A stretch of 63,601 nt of DNA, filler included. It is 5 parts of 5 records of this genome, joined end to end, with 100 filler letters (N's around TTAATTAATTAA, not from the genome) between each part and the next. Parts side by side here need not be neighbours in the genome. Positions count along the whole stretch, not along the records: positions 44,413 to 51,580 come from SRR31156797_4951; positions 51,681 to 57,401 come from SRR31156797_4965; 3 more parts are not named here. The stretch is one strand, 5' to 3'. Below the pieces are notes generated by a model. That model searched no databases and was not told the origin of the DNA. It saw nothing but the letters and a program-made list of their open reading frames with translations. Shown here in pieces: positions 47,242 to 56,610 of the stretch. The first letter of the stretch is position 1, and the number at the start of each line of letters is the position of its first letter. The position numbers and the translations under genes were made by a program.

Positions 47242-48522
47242 ATGAAGAGAGATACTTTGGTTTTTGATATTATCAAGAAAGAGCACGAACGCCAATTGGG
47301 TGGAATTGAGTTGATTGCTTCTGAAAACTTTGTGAGTGAGCAGGTTCTGGAAGCAATGGGATCGGTAATGACCAACAAATATGCTGAAGGCTATCCGGGG
47401 AAACGTTACTACGGAGGTTGTCAGTTTGTTGATATGACCGAGCAGTTGGCGATTGATCGTATAAAGGAGTTGTATGGTGCAGAATGGGCGAATGTTCAAC
47501 CTCATTCGGGAGCACAGGCTAATGCTGCTGTTCTTAGTGTAATTCTAAAACCGGGTGATACTTTCCTTGGGCTTGATCTTTCGCATGGTGGGCACTTATC
47601 GCATGGTTCGCATGTAAACTCATCGGGAATTCTGTATAATCCTGTTGCCTACAAGGTAAAAGAAGATACCGGACTTGTTGATTACGACGAAATGGAAGCC
47701 TTGGCAAAAGAGCACAAACCAAAACTGCTTATTGGTGGTGCATCTGCTTATAGCCGCGAGTGGGACTACAAACGTATGCGTGCCATTGCCGATAGTGTTG
47801 GTGCGTTGTTTATGGTCGACATGGCTCACCCGGCCGGTTTAATTGCTGCCGGATTGCTGGATAACCCTGTAGAACATGCCCATATTGTAACATCAACAAC
47901 ACACAAAACTTTACGCGGACCTCGTGGTGGAATTATCCTGATCGGAAAAGATTTTGAAAATCCCTGGGGCATTGCTACCAAAAAAGGCGTGGTTCGTAAA
48001 ATGTCATCGTTGTTGGATTCTGCTGTATTTCCAGGCCAACAAGGAGGACCACTGGAACATGTTATTGCGGCTAAAGCTGTTGCTTTTGGCGAAGCATTGG
48101 AACCGGAATACAAAGAGTACCAGGCACAGGTAAAAAAGAATGCCGCTGTTATGGCCCAGGCCTTTGTTGATTTGGGGTACAAAGTAATTTCAGGCGGTAC
48201 CGACAACCACTCTATGCTGATCGATCTTCGTACAAAATATCCTGAAATTACAGGTAAGATTGTTGAAAATACCATTGTAAACGCTGAGATTACAGTAAAC
48301 AAGAACATGGTACCATTTGATAGCCGTTCACCATTCCAGACTTCTGGTTTGCGTGTGGGTACACCTGCAATTACTACGCGTGGTGTAAAAGAAAACCTGA
48401 TGCCTGAAATCGTTCAGTTGATTGATGATGCAATTGCTAACATTGATAACGATGTATACATTAAAGCTGTTGGCGAAAAGGTTCATACAATGATGAAGGA
48501 TTATCCTTTGTTTGCTTACTAG
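47242..48522 (+). CDS. glyA: Serine hydroxymethyltransferase
   Basis: [34 protein letters not shown]. Confidence 0.98.
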   Translation: MKRDTLVFDIIKKEHERQLGGIELIASENFVSEQVLEAMGSVMTNKYAEGYPGKRYYGGCQFVDMTEQLAIDRIKELYGAEWANVQPHSGAQANAAVLSVILKPGDTFLGLDLSHGGHLSHGSHVNSSGILYNPVAYKVKEDTGLVDYDEMEALAKEHKPKLLIGGASAYSREWDYKRMRAIADSVGALFMVDMAHPAGLIAAGLLDNPVEHAHIVTSTTHKTLRGPRGGIILIGKDFENPWGIATKKGVVRKMSSLLDSAVFPGQQGGPLEHVIAAKAVAFGEALEPEYKEYQAQVKKNAAVMAQAFVDLGYKVISGGTDNHSMLIDLRTKYPEITGKIVENTIVNAEITVNKNMVPFDSRSPFQTSGLRVGTPAITTRGVKENLMPEIVQLIDDAIANIDNDVYIKAVGEKVHTMMKDYPLFAY

Positions 48523-48594
48523 TTTAAAGGTTCAGCGTTTAAGGTTTAAAGTTGGAGCCTTGATTTGACTTTCGAAATAAATAAATGATAAAAT

Positions 48595-48629
48595 AAAACC
48601 CGAAAGGTGCTTAAAACTTTTCGGGTTTT
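48595..48629 (+). terminator. Intrinsic terminator after glyA
   Basis: AAAACCCGAAA/TTTCGGGTTTT stem followed by T-rich run. Confidence 0.7.
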
Positions 48630-48669
48630 CTTTTCTTTAAATATTCAACCCGAGATAGAGAACTGAAAT

Positions 48670-49425
48670 ATGGAATGGTATATCGTACTCGCACTAATTG
48701 GAACCGGGGTGGCAGCCGGATTTATCAATACAACTGCCGGTGGCGGCTCAATGCTAACCATACCTTTGCTAATGTTTATCGGGCTTCCGGCCAATGTGGC
48801 CAATGGCACTAATCGTATAGCAATATTACTGCAAAACGTAGTTGGGGTAAATACATTCCGGCAAAAAAATGTATTGGATATAAAAACGGATTACCGTTTG
48901 GCTGTTCCTGCAATTATTGGCTCCTTAGTGGGCGCTTTTTTTGCTGTTGAAATTGATGTGAACCTGCTAAAAAAGATCATTGCCGGTCTTATGGTAGCCT
49001 TACTTTTTATTGTGGTTTTAAAACCCGAAGTATGGGTGAAAGAGCAGGTAGGAAAAGTAGATGCCAAACCAGGCACAATGCAGTACCTGATCTTTTTTGG
49101 AATTGGTTTATATGGTGGTTTTATCCAGATGGGTGTTGGCTTTTTTCTGTTGGCCGGACTGGTGCTGGGATGTGGGCACAACCTGGTGCGCGCCAATGCC
49201 ATAAAGGTTTTTATTGTTTTAATCTATACCATCTTTTCGTTGGGAATTTTCATTTTTCATAAACAAGTTGATATTGCAGCGGGTTTAATACTGGCAGCCG
49301 GAAATATGCTCGGAGCCTGGCTTGGAGCTCATTTTACTGTAAAAGGTGGTGCAAAATATGTGCGTTATGTGTTAATCCTTGCTATGGTAATTGTTATATT
49401 GAACTTGTTTGGAGTTTTTAATTAG
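48670..49425 (+). CDS. TauE/SafE family membrane transporter
   Basis: AGFINTTAGGGS; ANGTNR; GLYGGFIQMGVG. Confidence 0.85.
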   Translation: MEWYIVLALIGTGVAAGFINTTAGGGSMLTIPLLMFIGLPANVANGTNRIAILLQNVVGVNTFRQKNVLDIKTDYRLAVPAIIGSLVGAFFAVEIDVNLLKKIIAGLMVALLFIVVLKPEVWVKEQVGKVDAKPGTMQYLIFFGIGLYGGFIQMGVGFFLLAGLVLGCGHNLVRANAIKVFIVLIYTIFSLGIFIFHKQVDIAAGLILAAGNMLGAWLGAHFTVKGGAKYVRYVLILAMVIVILNLFGVFN

Positions 49426-49510
49426 CCACCAGCTTCGAACTGCAAGCTGCAAGCTATATGTCTATTTTGATTTGTTTAGCGGCCGGGGCTAGTAACTAAA
49501 AGCTACTATT

Positions 49511-50434
49511 TTGAAAAAATCAAAAATACCTATAACCATTATCACCGGCTTTTTGGGAGCAGGAAAAACTACTTTTATCAATTTTTTACTGAAACAGCAT
49601 CCCGAAATCCAGTTTGCGTTGGTTGAGAACGAATTTGGCGACGTGGCGATCGATACCCGGTTGATTAAGGGAATGGATGCCAGCAAAATGTTTGAGCTAA
49701 AACAAGGCTGTATTTGTTGTTCCATTAACGATGAGTATGAACTGGTATTGCAGGAACTGGCTGAACGGTTTCCCAACGTTGGACACTTGCTAATTGAAAC
49801 CACCGGTATTGCCGATCCGTCACCGGTGATTCAACCCTTTTTTAAGGATAAAAACCTGCGGGAGATATATACCTATAACGGAACTGTTTGTTTGGTTGAT
49901 GCCTTGTATTTTGATACGCTCGCAGAAAAAGAAATAAGCGCAAAGCAGTTGGTTAATGCCGACCATGTATTGGTAAATAAGGCTGAGAAGCTTTCTGTGG
50001 CCGAAAAAAACAGGTTTGAACAAGCGCTTTCGGAATGGGCTCCATATGCCAATATCGAGTTTGTTAGTTATGGCCAAACAAAAGCGATGTTACTGGCAAA
50101 CCTTCAAAACAGCAAAAAAGAAATTTATTTTCCAGGCTATCGTTCGGCGCATCGTTATTTTCAATCCAAAACACTTACTTATTCAAATCCTTTGCCCAAA
50201 ACGGAGTTTTTACGCTGGCTGGAATACACCCTCGATATCTACAAAAACAAGATTTACCGGACCAAAGGTATTGTCTGTTTTCAGAATGAACCCTTTGAAT
50301 ACATTTTACAGGGTGTTGGTGGAAATTTTGAGTTGGTGGAAGGGGATATTATTCTGGAAAGATTAAAGAGCGAAATTGTTTTTATTGGCGAACTGGAAGG
50401 ACTGAAACTGGATTTTACAAGTGATCCTTTATAA
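49511..50434 (+). CDS. COG0523/CobW-family G3E GTPase (metallochaperone)
   Basis: TGFLGAGKTT; ENEFG; GCICC; IETTGIADP; YRTKG. Confidence 0.9.
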   Translation: MKKSKIPITIITGFLGAGKTTFINFLLKQHPEIQFALVENEFGDVAIDTRLIKGMDASKMFELKQGCICCSINDEYELVLQELAERFPNVGHLLIETTGIADPSPVIQPFFKDKNLREIYTYNGTVCLVDALYFDTLAEKEISAKQLVNADHVLVNKAEKLSVAEKNRFEQALSEWAPYANIEFVSYGQTKAMLLANLQNSKKEIYFPGYRSAHRYFQSKTLTYSNPLPKTEFLRWLEYTLDIYKNKIYRTKGIVCFQNEPFEYILQGVGGNFELVEGDIILERLKSEIVFIGELEGLKLDFTSDPL

Positions 50435-50482
50435 AACAAAAAGTAATCCTCAAAAACATCCATTATAGTCCCCAAAACGGCA

Positions 50483-51412
50483 TTACCCTAACCAAACCAT
50501 CCAAAGCGGAATTATAAAAATCGACAGGAATGTTCCCAGAACCACGATACGGGCTGCCAGTTTCGATTCCAGTTTGTACTGAATACTTAAAACATAAGGT
50601 GTTAATCCCAGCGGCATAGCAGCATCAACAATCGATGCTCTGGTTAGTTGCGAGTCGAAACCAATGGCTTTTAAATAGAGGTAGAAAAAGAAAGGCAATG
50701 CGAACATGGTAACCACAACCATCAGCATTACCACATACCAGTCTTTTAATTTGCCAATTTCCTGTTTCCCCAGGAAAATTCCCAGCGCAAACAATACAAC
50801 AGCTGTTACCGAATCGGAAAACATGGTAATGGTTTTTTCGGCCACCACCGGTAGTTTAATGTTCAGTAAAACAATGGCTAGCCCGGCAAAAACCGACAGC
50901 AGTAGTGGATTCTTCAGCAAACTAAAAACAAGTTTTTTTGAGCTGGTCTGTTCTTCGCCATACGCTTCAATAAGAACAATGGCCAGTGTTAAAAGCCAAA
51001 AAAGGTAAATGGCCGAAATAATAGCTGCCGTAGGTAATATGTGGTTGCCATAAGCGTTTTGGAGTACCGGAATGCCCAGGTAGGCAATATTTCCAAACGG
51101 AAAGAGTAAAAACAGGGTGCGAAACATTTTTCGCGATAAACCCAATATTTTTGCTAACGGAAAAGCCAGCATTATAGAGCACACAATAAAAGCTGAGGTG
51201 TGCAGTATAAGCCCCGAAAACGATTGTTCGCCCGGATCGAGCGACATTAGCGAGGCAATAACCAGTGCCGGAAAACCAATGTAAAGTGCGTATTTGTTTA
51301 ATACATCAATCCATTGGGCAGTACAAACTTTCGAACGCGAAAAAGCGGTTCCCAACCCGATAACAAGGAACAAAGGCGAAACCGTTTTTAAGGCGATTAA
51401 GAAAGTTCCCAT
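50483..51412 (-). CDS. AEC family transporter
   Basis: Multiple TM helices; FGNIAYLGIP; KNPLL; AAMP. Confidence 0.85.
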   Translation of the reverse strand: MGTFLIALKTVSPLFLVIGLGTAFSRSKVCTAQWIDVLNKYALYIGFPALVIASLMSLDPGEQSFSGLILHTSAFIVCSIMLAFPLAKILGLSRKMFRTLFLLFPFGNIAYLGIPVLQNAYGNHILPTAAIISAIYLFWLLTLAIVLIEAYGEEQTSSKKLVFSLLKNPLLLSVFAGLAIVLLNIKLPVVAEKTITMFSDSVTAVVLFALGIFLGKQEIGKLKDWYVVMLMVVVTMFALPFFFYLYLKAIGFDSQLTRASIVDAAMPLGLTPYVLSIQYKLESKLAARIVVLGTFLSIFIIPLWMVWLG

Positions 51413-51580
51413 TCGCCGTAGTTAATATGCGGACGAACATCGGTAACAAACATCCCGGCTTTTTGGGCAGCTTCAATACCCAGGTCGCCATCTTCAAACA
51501 CCTGGCAATATTGTGGTTCTATGCCCATACGTTTGGCGCATTCTAAAAATGTTTCGGGCTCGGGTTTGTGTTTTGTTACA
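51397..51580 (-). CDS. HAD-family phosphatase (beta-phosphoglucomutase/YqaB-like), C-terminal fragment
   Basis: Manual translation VTKHKPEPETFLECAKRMG...VFEDGDLGIEAAQKAGM...; stop at 51397-51399. Confidence 0.8.
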
Positions 51581-51680
51581 NNNNNNNNNNNNNNNNNNNN
51601 NNNNNNNNNNNNNNNNNNNNNNNNTTAATTAATTAANNNNNNNNNNNNNNNNNNNNNNNNNNNNNNNNNNNNNNNNNNNN
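51581..51680. other. Artificial contig linker
   Basis: N run containing TTAATTAATTAA. Confidence 0.97.
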
Positions 51681-51795
51681 ACTCCTGCAGAGTCCAATAT
51701 AGTAGTTTCTCAGTAATAAAATATCAGGACCCTGTCAGGGTCCAATATTCATTTCATATCCCGCACCCGTGTCCGATCTCTGTTCACCTACATAA

Positions 51796-51858
51796 TGTTT
51801 ATCGTTCACTGTTTACTGTTCACTACTTTTTACTTTTGCCTTTTGCCTTTTTACTTGT
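51796..51858 (+). repeat. Nine-unit degenerate heptamer tandem tract
   Basis: TGTTTAT CGTTCAC TGTTTAC TGTTCAC TACTTTT TACTTTT GCCTTTT GCCTTTT TACTTGT. Confidence 0.7.
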
Positions 51859-51869
51859 ATTTTCCCTCT

Positions 51870-54197
51870 ATGAAAAAACATATTCTTACATTCATCCTGA
51901 TGATGACATTGTCGTCACTTTTCGCACAAAACAGTGATCTGGTTTTTCGTTCAAACACAGTAGCTGAAATTCGTATTACCATCGACCAGTCAAAACTTGA
52001 TTGGGTCTATGCCAATGTTGACAGTGATTCCTTGCACATGAGTTCCATAACTTTCCAAAACGAAAATCTCGATATCGCAATGGATTCCGTGGGTTTTCGT
52101 CTTCGAGGGAACACTTCCCGTAATGGTTATAAAAAACCGTTTAAACTGGATCTCAATGAATATGTCACGGGACAGGATATTTGTGGTATTGAAAAGTTTA
52201 ATTTGCGAGCCGAGGCGAACGATCCTTCGATGATACGGTCAAAATTCTCTGCCGAATTAATGGAAAAGATCGGTATCCCGACAAGCCGAGTGGCCTATAG
52301 CAAAGTTTATATTAATGACAACTATATGGGTCTTTATCAGATTAACGAACATATTGATGAAAATTTTCTTTCTTATCATTATAATAACAACGACGGTAAT
52401 CTCTGGAAATGTATTCATCCTGCAAATTTGAATTATCGTGGTTCAGATCCCTCAAATTATCATCCATATACCGGAAGCGAACAACCCCTTGTGCGTCCCT
52501 ATGAATTAAAAACTAATGAACTTGAATATGATTATTCTGAATTGGCACACCTTATTGACGTGATCAATAATACCGAATCCTACTGGTTGAAGGACTCTCT
52601 CGAATCTGTGATCTGTATTACTGATTTTATTAAATATCTCGCCGTGAATATCATGACCGGATCCTGGGATGATTACCGATATTTACAGAATAACTATTAT
52701 CTATATCATGACCCAATCATTGATAAGTTTCGTTTCATCCCCTATGATTATGACAATACTTTCGGCATCGATTGGGTTGAAGGCGAAAATTGGGGCGACC
52801 CCAACTGGGCGCGAATAAATATGTACAGCTATGTTGTGAATGATGGTGACGGACGTCCATTGTCAGACCTCATTTTCAATGATGATGAATACCGGAACCT
52901 GTTCACGCATTTCATTGATTTCTATACCAATCAAGTTTTCCGTGAAGACCAATGGCGTACGTACGGCGATAGTATTAAAGCACGCATACGGCCCCATGTG
53001 CTGCTTGACACGTATTATCCTTACAGTATGACGAACTTTGATGACTCCTATGATACGGATTACCGCGAGGGTCATGTTGAACGCGGACTTTATGAGTTCA
53101 TGCGTAAGCGCCGGGAAAGCACCAACGATCAGATCAGTTGGCGCTCCGAACCCCCATCGATCTATCATGAGGAATTATTGCAAACGGGTTCGGATGTCAG
53201 GATCAATGCATCGGCTTTTCATCGCAATGGTGTATCATCCGTCAAAGTAAAAACATTCAGCGCAAATTATGCTGCCATCTCTACCATCAACATGGATCGA
53301 AACAACATCGCCGAAACGAGCATTGTTGAAGAATATGATCAATGGTCGGTGGATTTCAGTATCAGTGAAAATGAAATATATTATGTGATCGTCGCGGATG
53401 AATCCGGTGGTTCACAACGGACCTGGCCACGACACGGTTATGCAAAATTTGAGAATGAAAGCGCCTCGGATGTACCCCTGGTCATCAATGAATTCATGGC
53501 ATCCAATGATGCGACTATCGCCGATGCTGCGGGCCAGTTTGACGACTGGGTTGAGATCTATAACACGTGCGGAAGTTCTATCGACCTGGGTGGTATGTTT
53601 CTGACCGACAAAGTAGACAATCTGGATAAATGGATGTTTCCCTACGGAACAAGTCTCGATGCCGGGTCATTTATGATCGTCTGGTGTGACGAGGATGGCG
53701 ACAAACCACAAGAAGGACTACACGCCAACTTTAAACTGTCTGCAGGCGGTGAGTTCATTGCTTTGGTGGATATCGATACCATTTCCGTGATCGATCACAT
53801 ATCATTCGGGGCTCAAACGACGGATATATCATATGGTCGCAGTACCGATGGCGGTAATGACTGGATCTACTTCAACTCACCAACACCGGGCTACAGCAAT
53901 CTTGAAACAGGTATTGATGACCTGATCCCGATAACCAACACCTTATATCCAAATTATCCGAATCCTTTTAATCCGAGAACAGCTATCAGCTATCAGCTAT
54001 CAGCCGACAGCAATATAGAATTAAGCATCTATAATCTATGGGGCAGAAAGATTGAAACCCTGGTTAATGAAAATCAGGATATGGGTGTTTACAAGATCGA
54101 CTGGAATGCCGGGAATTTTGCATCCGGTGTTTATCTGGCTGTGTTGAGAGTTGATGGTGTGTTGATCAATACACAGAAAATGTTATTGGTGAAATAA
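51870..54197 (+). CDS. CotH-family kinase with lamin-tail domain and T9SS-like/FlgD-Ig C-terminal domain
   Basis: Signal peptide MKKHIL...; RLRGNTSR, KKPFKLD, NNYYLY, IPYDYDNTFG; VINEFMASN...DWVEIYN; NYPNPFNP...KMLLVK. Confidence 0.85.
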   Translation: MKKHILTFILMMTLSSLFAQNSDLVFRSNTVAEIRITIDQSKLDWVYANVDSDSLHMSSITFQNENLDIAMDSVGFRLRGNTSRNGYKKPFKLDLNEYVTGQDICGIEKFNLRAEANDPSMIRSKFSAELMEKIGIPTSRVAYSKVYINDNYMGLYQINEHIDENFLSYHYNNNDGNLWKCIHPANLNYRGSDPSNYHPYTGSEQPLVRPYELKTNELEYDYSELAHLIDVINNTESYWLKDSLESVICITDFIKYLAVNIMTGSWDDYRYLQNNYYLYHDPIIDKFRFIPYDYDNTFGIDWVEGENWGDPNWARINMYSYVVNDGDGRPLSDLIFNDDEYRNLFTHFIDFYTNQVFREDQWRTYGDSIKARIRPHVLLDTYYPYSMTNFDDSYDTDYREGHVERGLYEFMRKRRESTNDQISWRSEPPSIYHEELLQTGSDVRINASAFHRNGVSSVKVKTFSANYAAISTINMDRNNIAETSIVEEYDQWSVDFSISENEIYYVIVADESGGSQRTWPRHGYAKFENESASDVPLVINEFMASNDATIADAAGQFDDWVEIYNTCGSSIDLGGMFLTDKVDNLDKWMFPYGTSLDAGSFMIVWCDEDGDKPQEGLHANFKLSAGGEFIALVDIDTISVIDHISFGAQTTDISYGRSTDGGNDWIYFNSPTPGYSNLETGIDDLIPITNTLYPNYPNPFNPRTAISYQLSADSNIELSIYNLWGRKIETLVNENQDMGVYKIDWNAGNFASGVYLAVLRVDGVLINTQKMLLVK

Positions 54198-54204
54198 ATT
54201 ATTC

Positions 54205-54317
54205 TGTCATTTCGACCGGACCCTGATGAAGATCATGGGAAGTGGAGAAATCTCAAATTAATCTATCTCTTGAGATCTCTCCGTTCTCCGTCAGCTGGCG
54301 GATCAGTCGAGATGACA
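54205..54317. repeat. Composite palindromic intergenic element (REP/MITE-like)
   Basis: TGTCATTTCGAC 54205-54216 with GTCGAGATGACA 54306-54317; GGAGAAATCTCAA 54244-54256 with TTGAGATCTCTCC 54270-54282; nested TCCGTCAGCTGGCGGA 54287-54302. Confidence 0.7.
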
Positions 54318-54334
54318 AAAAGAAGGAGGTTAAA

Positions 54335-54724
54335 ATGAGAAAAGGCCTGAAAATATTTCTTATTGTCATAGCTGTGATCCTTGCCCTTTGTGTTTTTGGC
54401 TATATTGGCGGATCAAAAAACCTAGATGTAGTTAGAGAATATGTTCTGCCGGAAGTTGATATGTCCAAGATCGCCGACGGTGATTATGAAGGTGCTTGTG
54501 ATATCGGCCGTTTCGCCATGAAAGTGAATGTCACCGTAAAAGATCATATGATCGTAGCGGTTCGTTTCGTCGACAATATGAGCTCTAATGCTACGGAAGA
54601 TCTTGCTCTTATCATGAACGAAGCTTTTCTAAATATAGAAGATCCAAAATTCGATGCCATGACCGGCGCAACCATTACATCTAAGGCTTACATGATCGCC
54701 GTAACAAATGCCTTAAGTAAATAA
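54335..54724 (+). CDS. FMN-binding domain membrane-anchored protein
   Basis: AGGAGG RBS; N-terminal TM; DGDYEG; DAMTGATITS flavinylation-type motif. Confidence 0.85.
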   Translation: MRKGLKIFLIVIAVILALCVFGYIGGSKNLDVVREYVLPEVDMSKIADGDYEGACDIGRFAMKVNVTVKDHMIVAVRFVDNMSSNATEDLALIMNEAFLNIEDPKFDAMTGATITSKAYMIAVTNALSK

Positions 54725-54740
54725 CTGGAGATCTAAGACA

Positions 54741-54920
54741 ATGAAAAAAAGCGCATACGAAGTCTTTATGGTACTCGGGGCGGTCTGGCTGATCGTGGGC
54801 CTGATCATTTACAAGAACATGAGCCTTTGGCCGATCGGCGGCATTTTCTTTCTTGTTGGTTTGATCGGCTTTATTACCAAGTCCAGAAAAAGTTCTGATA
54901 AAAACGATGAAGAATCTTAA
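54741..54920 (+). CDS. 59-aa two-TM small membrane protein (absent from ORF track)
   Basis: GGAG RBS; MKKSAYEVFMVLGAVWLIVGLIIYKNMSLWPIGGIFFLVGLIGFITKSRKSSDKNDEES; stop overlaps the ade start. Confidence 0.65.
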   Translation: MKKSAYEVFMVLGAVWLIVGLIIYKNMSLWPIGGIFFLVGLIGFITKSRKSSDKNDEES

Positions 54921-56535
54921 AGTCATTTCAGCAAATATTGTCGATGTAATAAATGAGCGTATCTTTCCCGGTACCATCACTATTCTTGATGGTCGCATTT
55001 CTTCAGTCACCGAAGATGATGCCACATACGACAACTATATCATTCCGGGTTTTATTGACTCGCATATCCATATCGAGAGTTCAATGCTCCCTCCCTCCGA
55101 GTTTGCGCGTATAGCGTCCCGGCACGGTACTGTTGCCGTTGTTTCCGACTCTCATGAGATCGCGAACGTCCTCGGTCTTGAGGGTATTCGTTTCATGATC
55201 GAGAATGCAGTAAGCGTTCCATTAAAATTCTATTTCTCAGCTCCATCTTGTGTTCCTGCTACAACTTTTGAAACAGCCGGAGCATCGATTTCCGATGAAG
55301 ATATTGAAACACTTTTCAATGAGTTCCCGCAGATCAGATACCTGGGTGAAATGATGAATTTCCCGGGCGTTATTCATGACGATCCCGAGGTGATGAAAAA
55401 ACTGGCGCTCGCAAAAAAATACAAAAAACTCATTGACGGACATGCGCCAAGCCTGAGCGGTGAAGATCTAAAGAAATACATCGACTCCGGGATCTCTACC
55501 GACCATGAGTGTTTCACTAAAGAAGAAGCTCTTGAAAAATTATCTCTTGGCATGAAGATCCAAATAAGGGAAGGATCGGCAGCTAAGAACTTTGATGAAC
55601 TCATCCCTCTTGCTGGGGAGCATTACAAAAATCTAATGTTTTGTTCAGATGACAAGCACCCTGATGATCTTCTGGAAGGTCACATAAATGATTTGGTTAA
55701 ACGTGCTCTCGAGATGGAAATTGATCTGATGAAAGTCTTGCGTATTGCCTGCGTTAATCCTGTTAAGCATTATGGATTGGATGTAGGGCTTCTTCAGGAA
55801 GGCGATCCTGCTGATTTTCTTATTATTGATTCTTTGGAAAACTTCAATATTCTAAAAACTGTTACCAATGGACGAATCATTAATAAAAAAGGTCGTGCCC
55901 TTTTTTCAAAGCAAAAATACGAGATAAAAAACCATTTTGATATTTTCCCAAAATATATGCGCGATTTTTATATTGAGCATAATTATACCAAAACACCCGT
56001 GATCGAAGCGCTTGACGGACAATTGATCACACATAAGGTCGAGCATGATATCCAAAGCGAAAATCATAATCTTATCTCTGATCCCAAAAATGATATTTTA
56101 AAGATCGCCGTTGTCAATCGATACCGGAACAGAAAGCCGGCCATAGCATTTATTAAAAATTTTGGATTAAAAAAAGGGGCTCTCGCCTCATCCGTAGCCC
56201 ATGATTCACATAATATCATCGTTGTTGGGGTTTCCGAGGATGACATATGTGATGCAGTCAATATGGTCATTAAGGAAAAAGGCGGGATCGGGATCGCATG
56301 CAAGGAGGATAATATCTCTGAAATTCTCCCGCTTCCCATCGCCGGCTTGATGAGTGATCGACATTATGATACCGTGGCTTCAAAATATTCCGAACTTGAT
56401 GCCCTTGTTAAAAAGCTTGGTTCCGAATTATCAGCACCTTTTATGACCCTCTCTTTTATGGCACTTCTTGTGATCCCGGAGATCAAGTTGAGCGATAGGG
56501 GTTTGTTTGACGGGACTGAGTTTTCGTTTATTTGA
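54907..56535 (+). CDS. ade: Adenine deaminase
   Basis: PGFIDSHIHIESS; EMMNFPG; DGHAP; TDHEC; SSVAHDSHN. Confidence 0.93.
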   Translation: MKNLKVISANIVDVINERIFPGTITILDGRISSVTEDDATYDNYIIPGFIDSHIHIESSMLPPSEFARIASRHGTVAVVSDSHEIANVLGLEGIRFMIENAVSVPLKFYFSAPSCVPATTFETAGASISDEDIETLFNEFPQIRYLGEMMNFPGVIHDDPEVMKKLALAKKYKKLIDGHAPSLSGEDLKKYIDSGISTDHECFTKEEALEKLSLGMKIQIREGSAAKNFDELIPLAGEHYKNLMFCSDDKHPDDLLEGHINDLVKRALEMEIDLMKVLRIACVNPVKHYGLDVGLLQEGDPADFLIIDSLENFNILKTVTNGRIINKKGRALFSKQKYEIKNHFDIFPKYMRDFYIEHNYTKTPVIEALDGQLITHKVEHDIQSENHNLISDPKNDILKIAVVNRYRNRKPAIAFIKNFGLKKGALASSVAHDSHNIIVVGVSEDDICDAVNMVIKEKGGIGIACKEDNISEILPLPIAGLMSDRHYDTVASKYSELDALVKKLGSELSAPFMTLSFMALLVIPEIKLSDRGLFDGTEFSFI

Positions 56536-56610
56536 TTATTATACGAAACAGACATGTCTGTTCCGTACTTTTGCCTTTGTTCTTTTACTAATATCCTTGT
56601 ATTTTCCCCC

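Noticed and set aside
51795-51869. N-terminal extension MFIVHCLLFTTFYFCLLPF of the CotH ORF
   Set aside because: It is the translation of the heptamer tract; the signal peptide starts at ATG 51870.
54242-54334. N-terminal extension of the FMN-binding ORF
   Set aside because: It runs through the palindromic element; AGGAGG supports ATG 54335.
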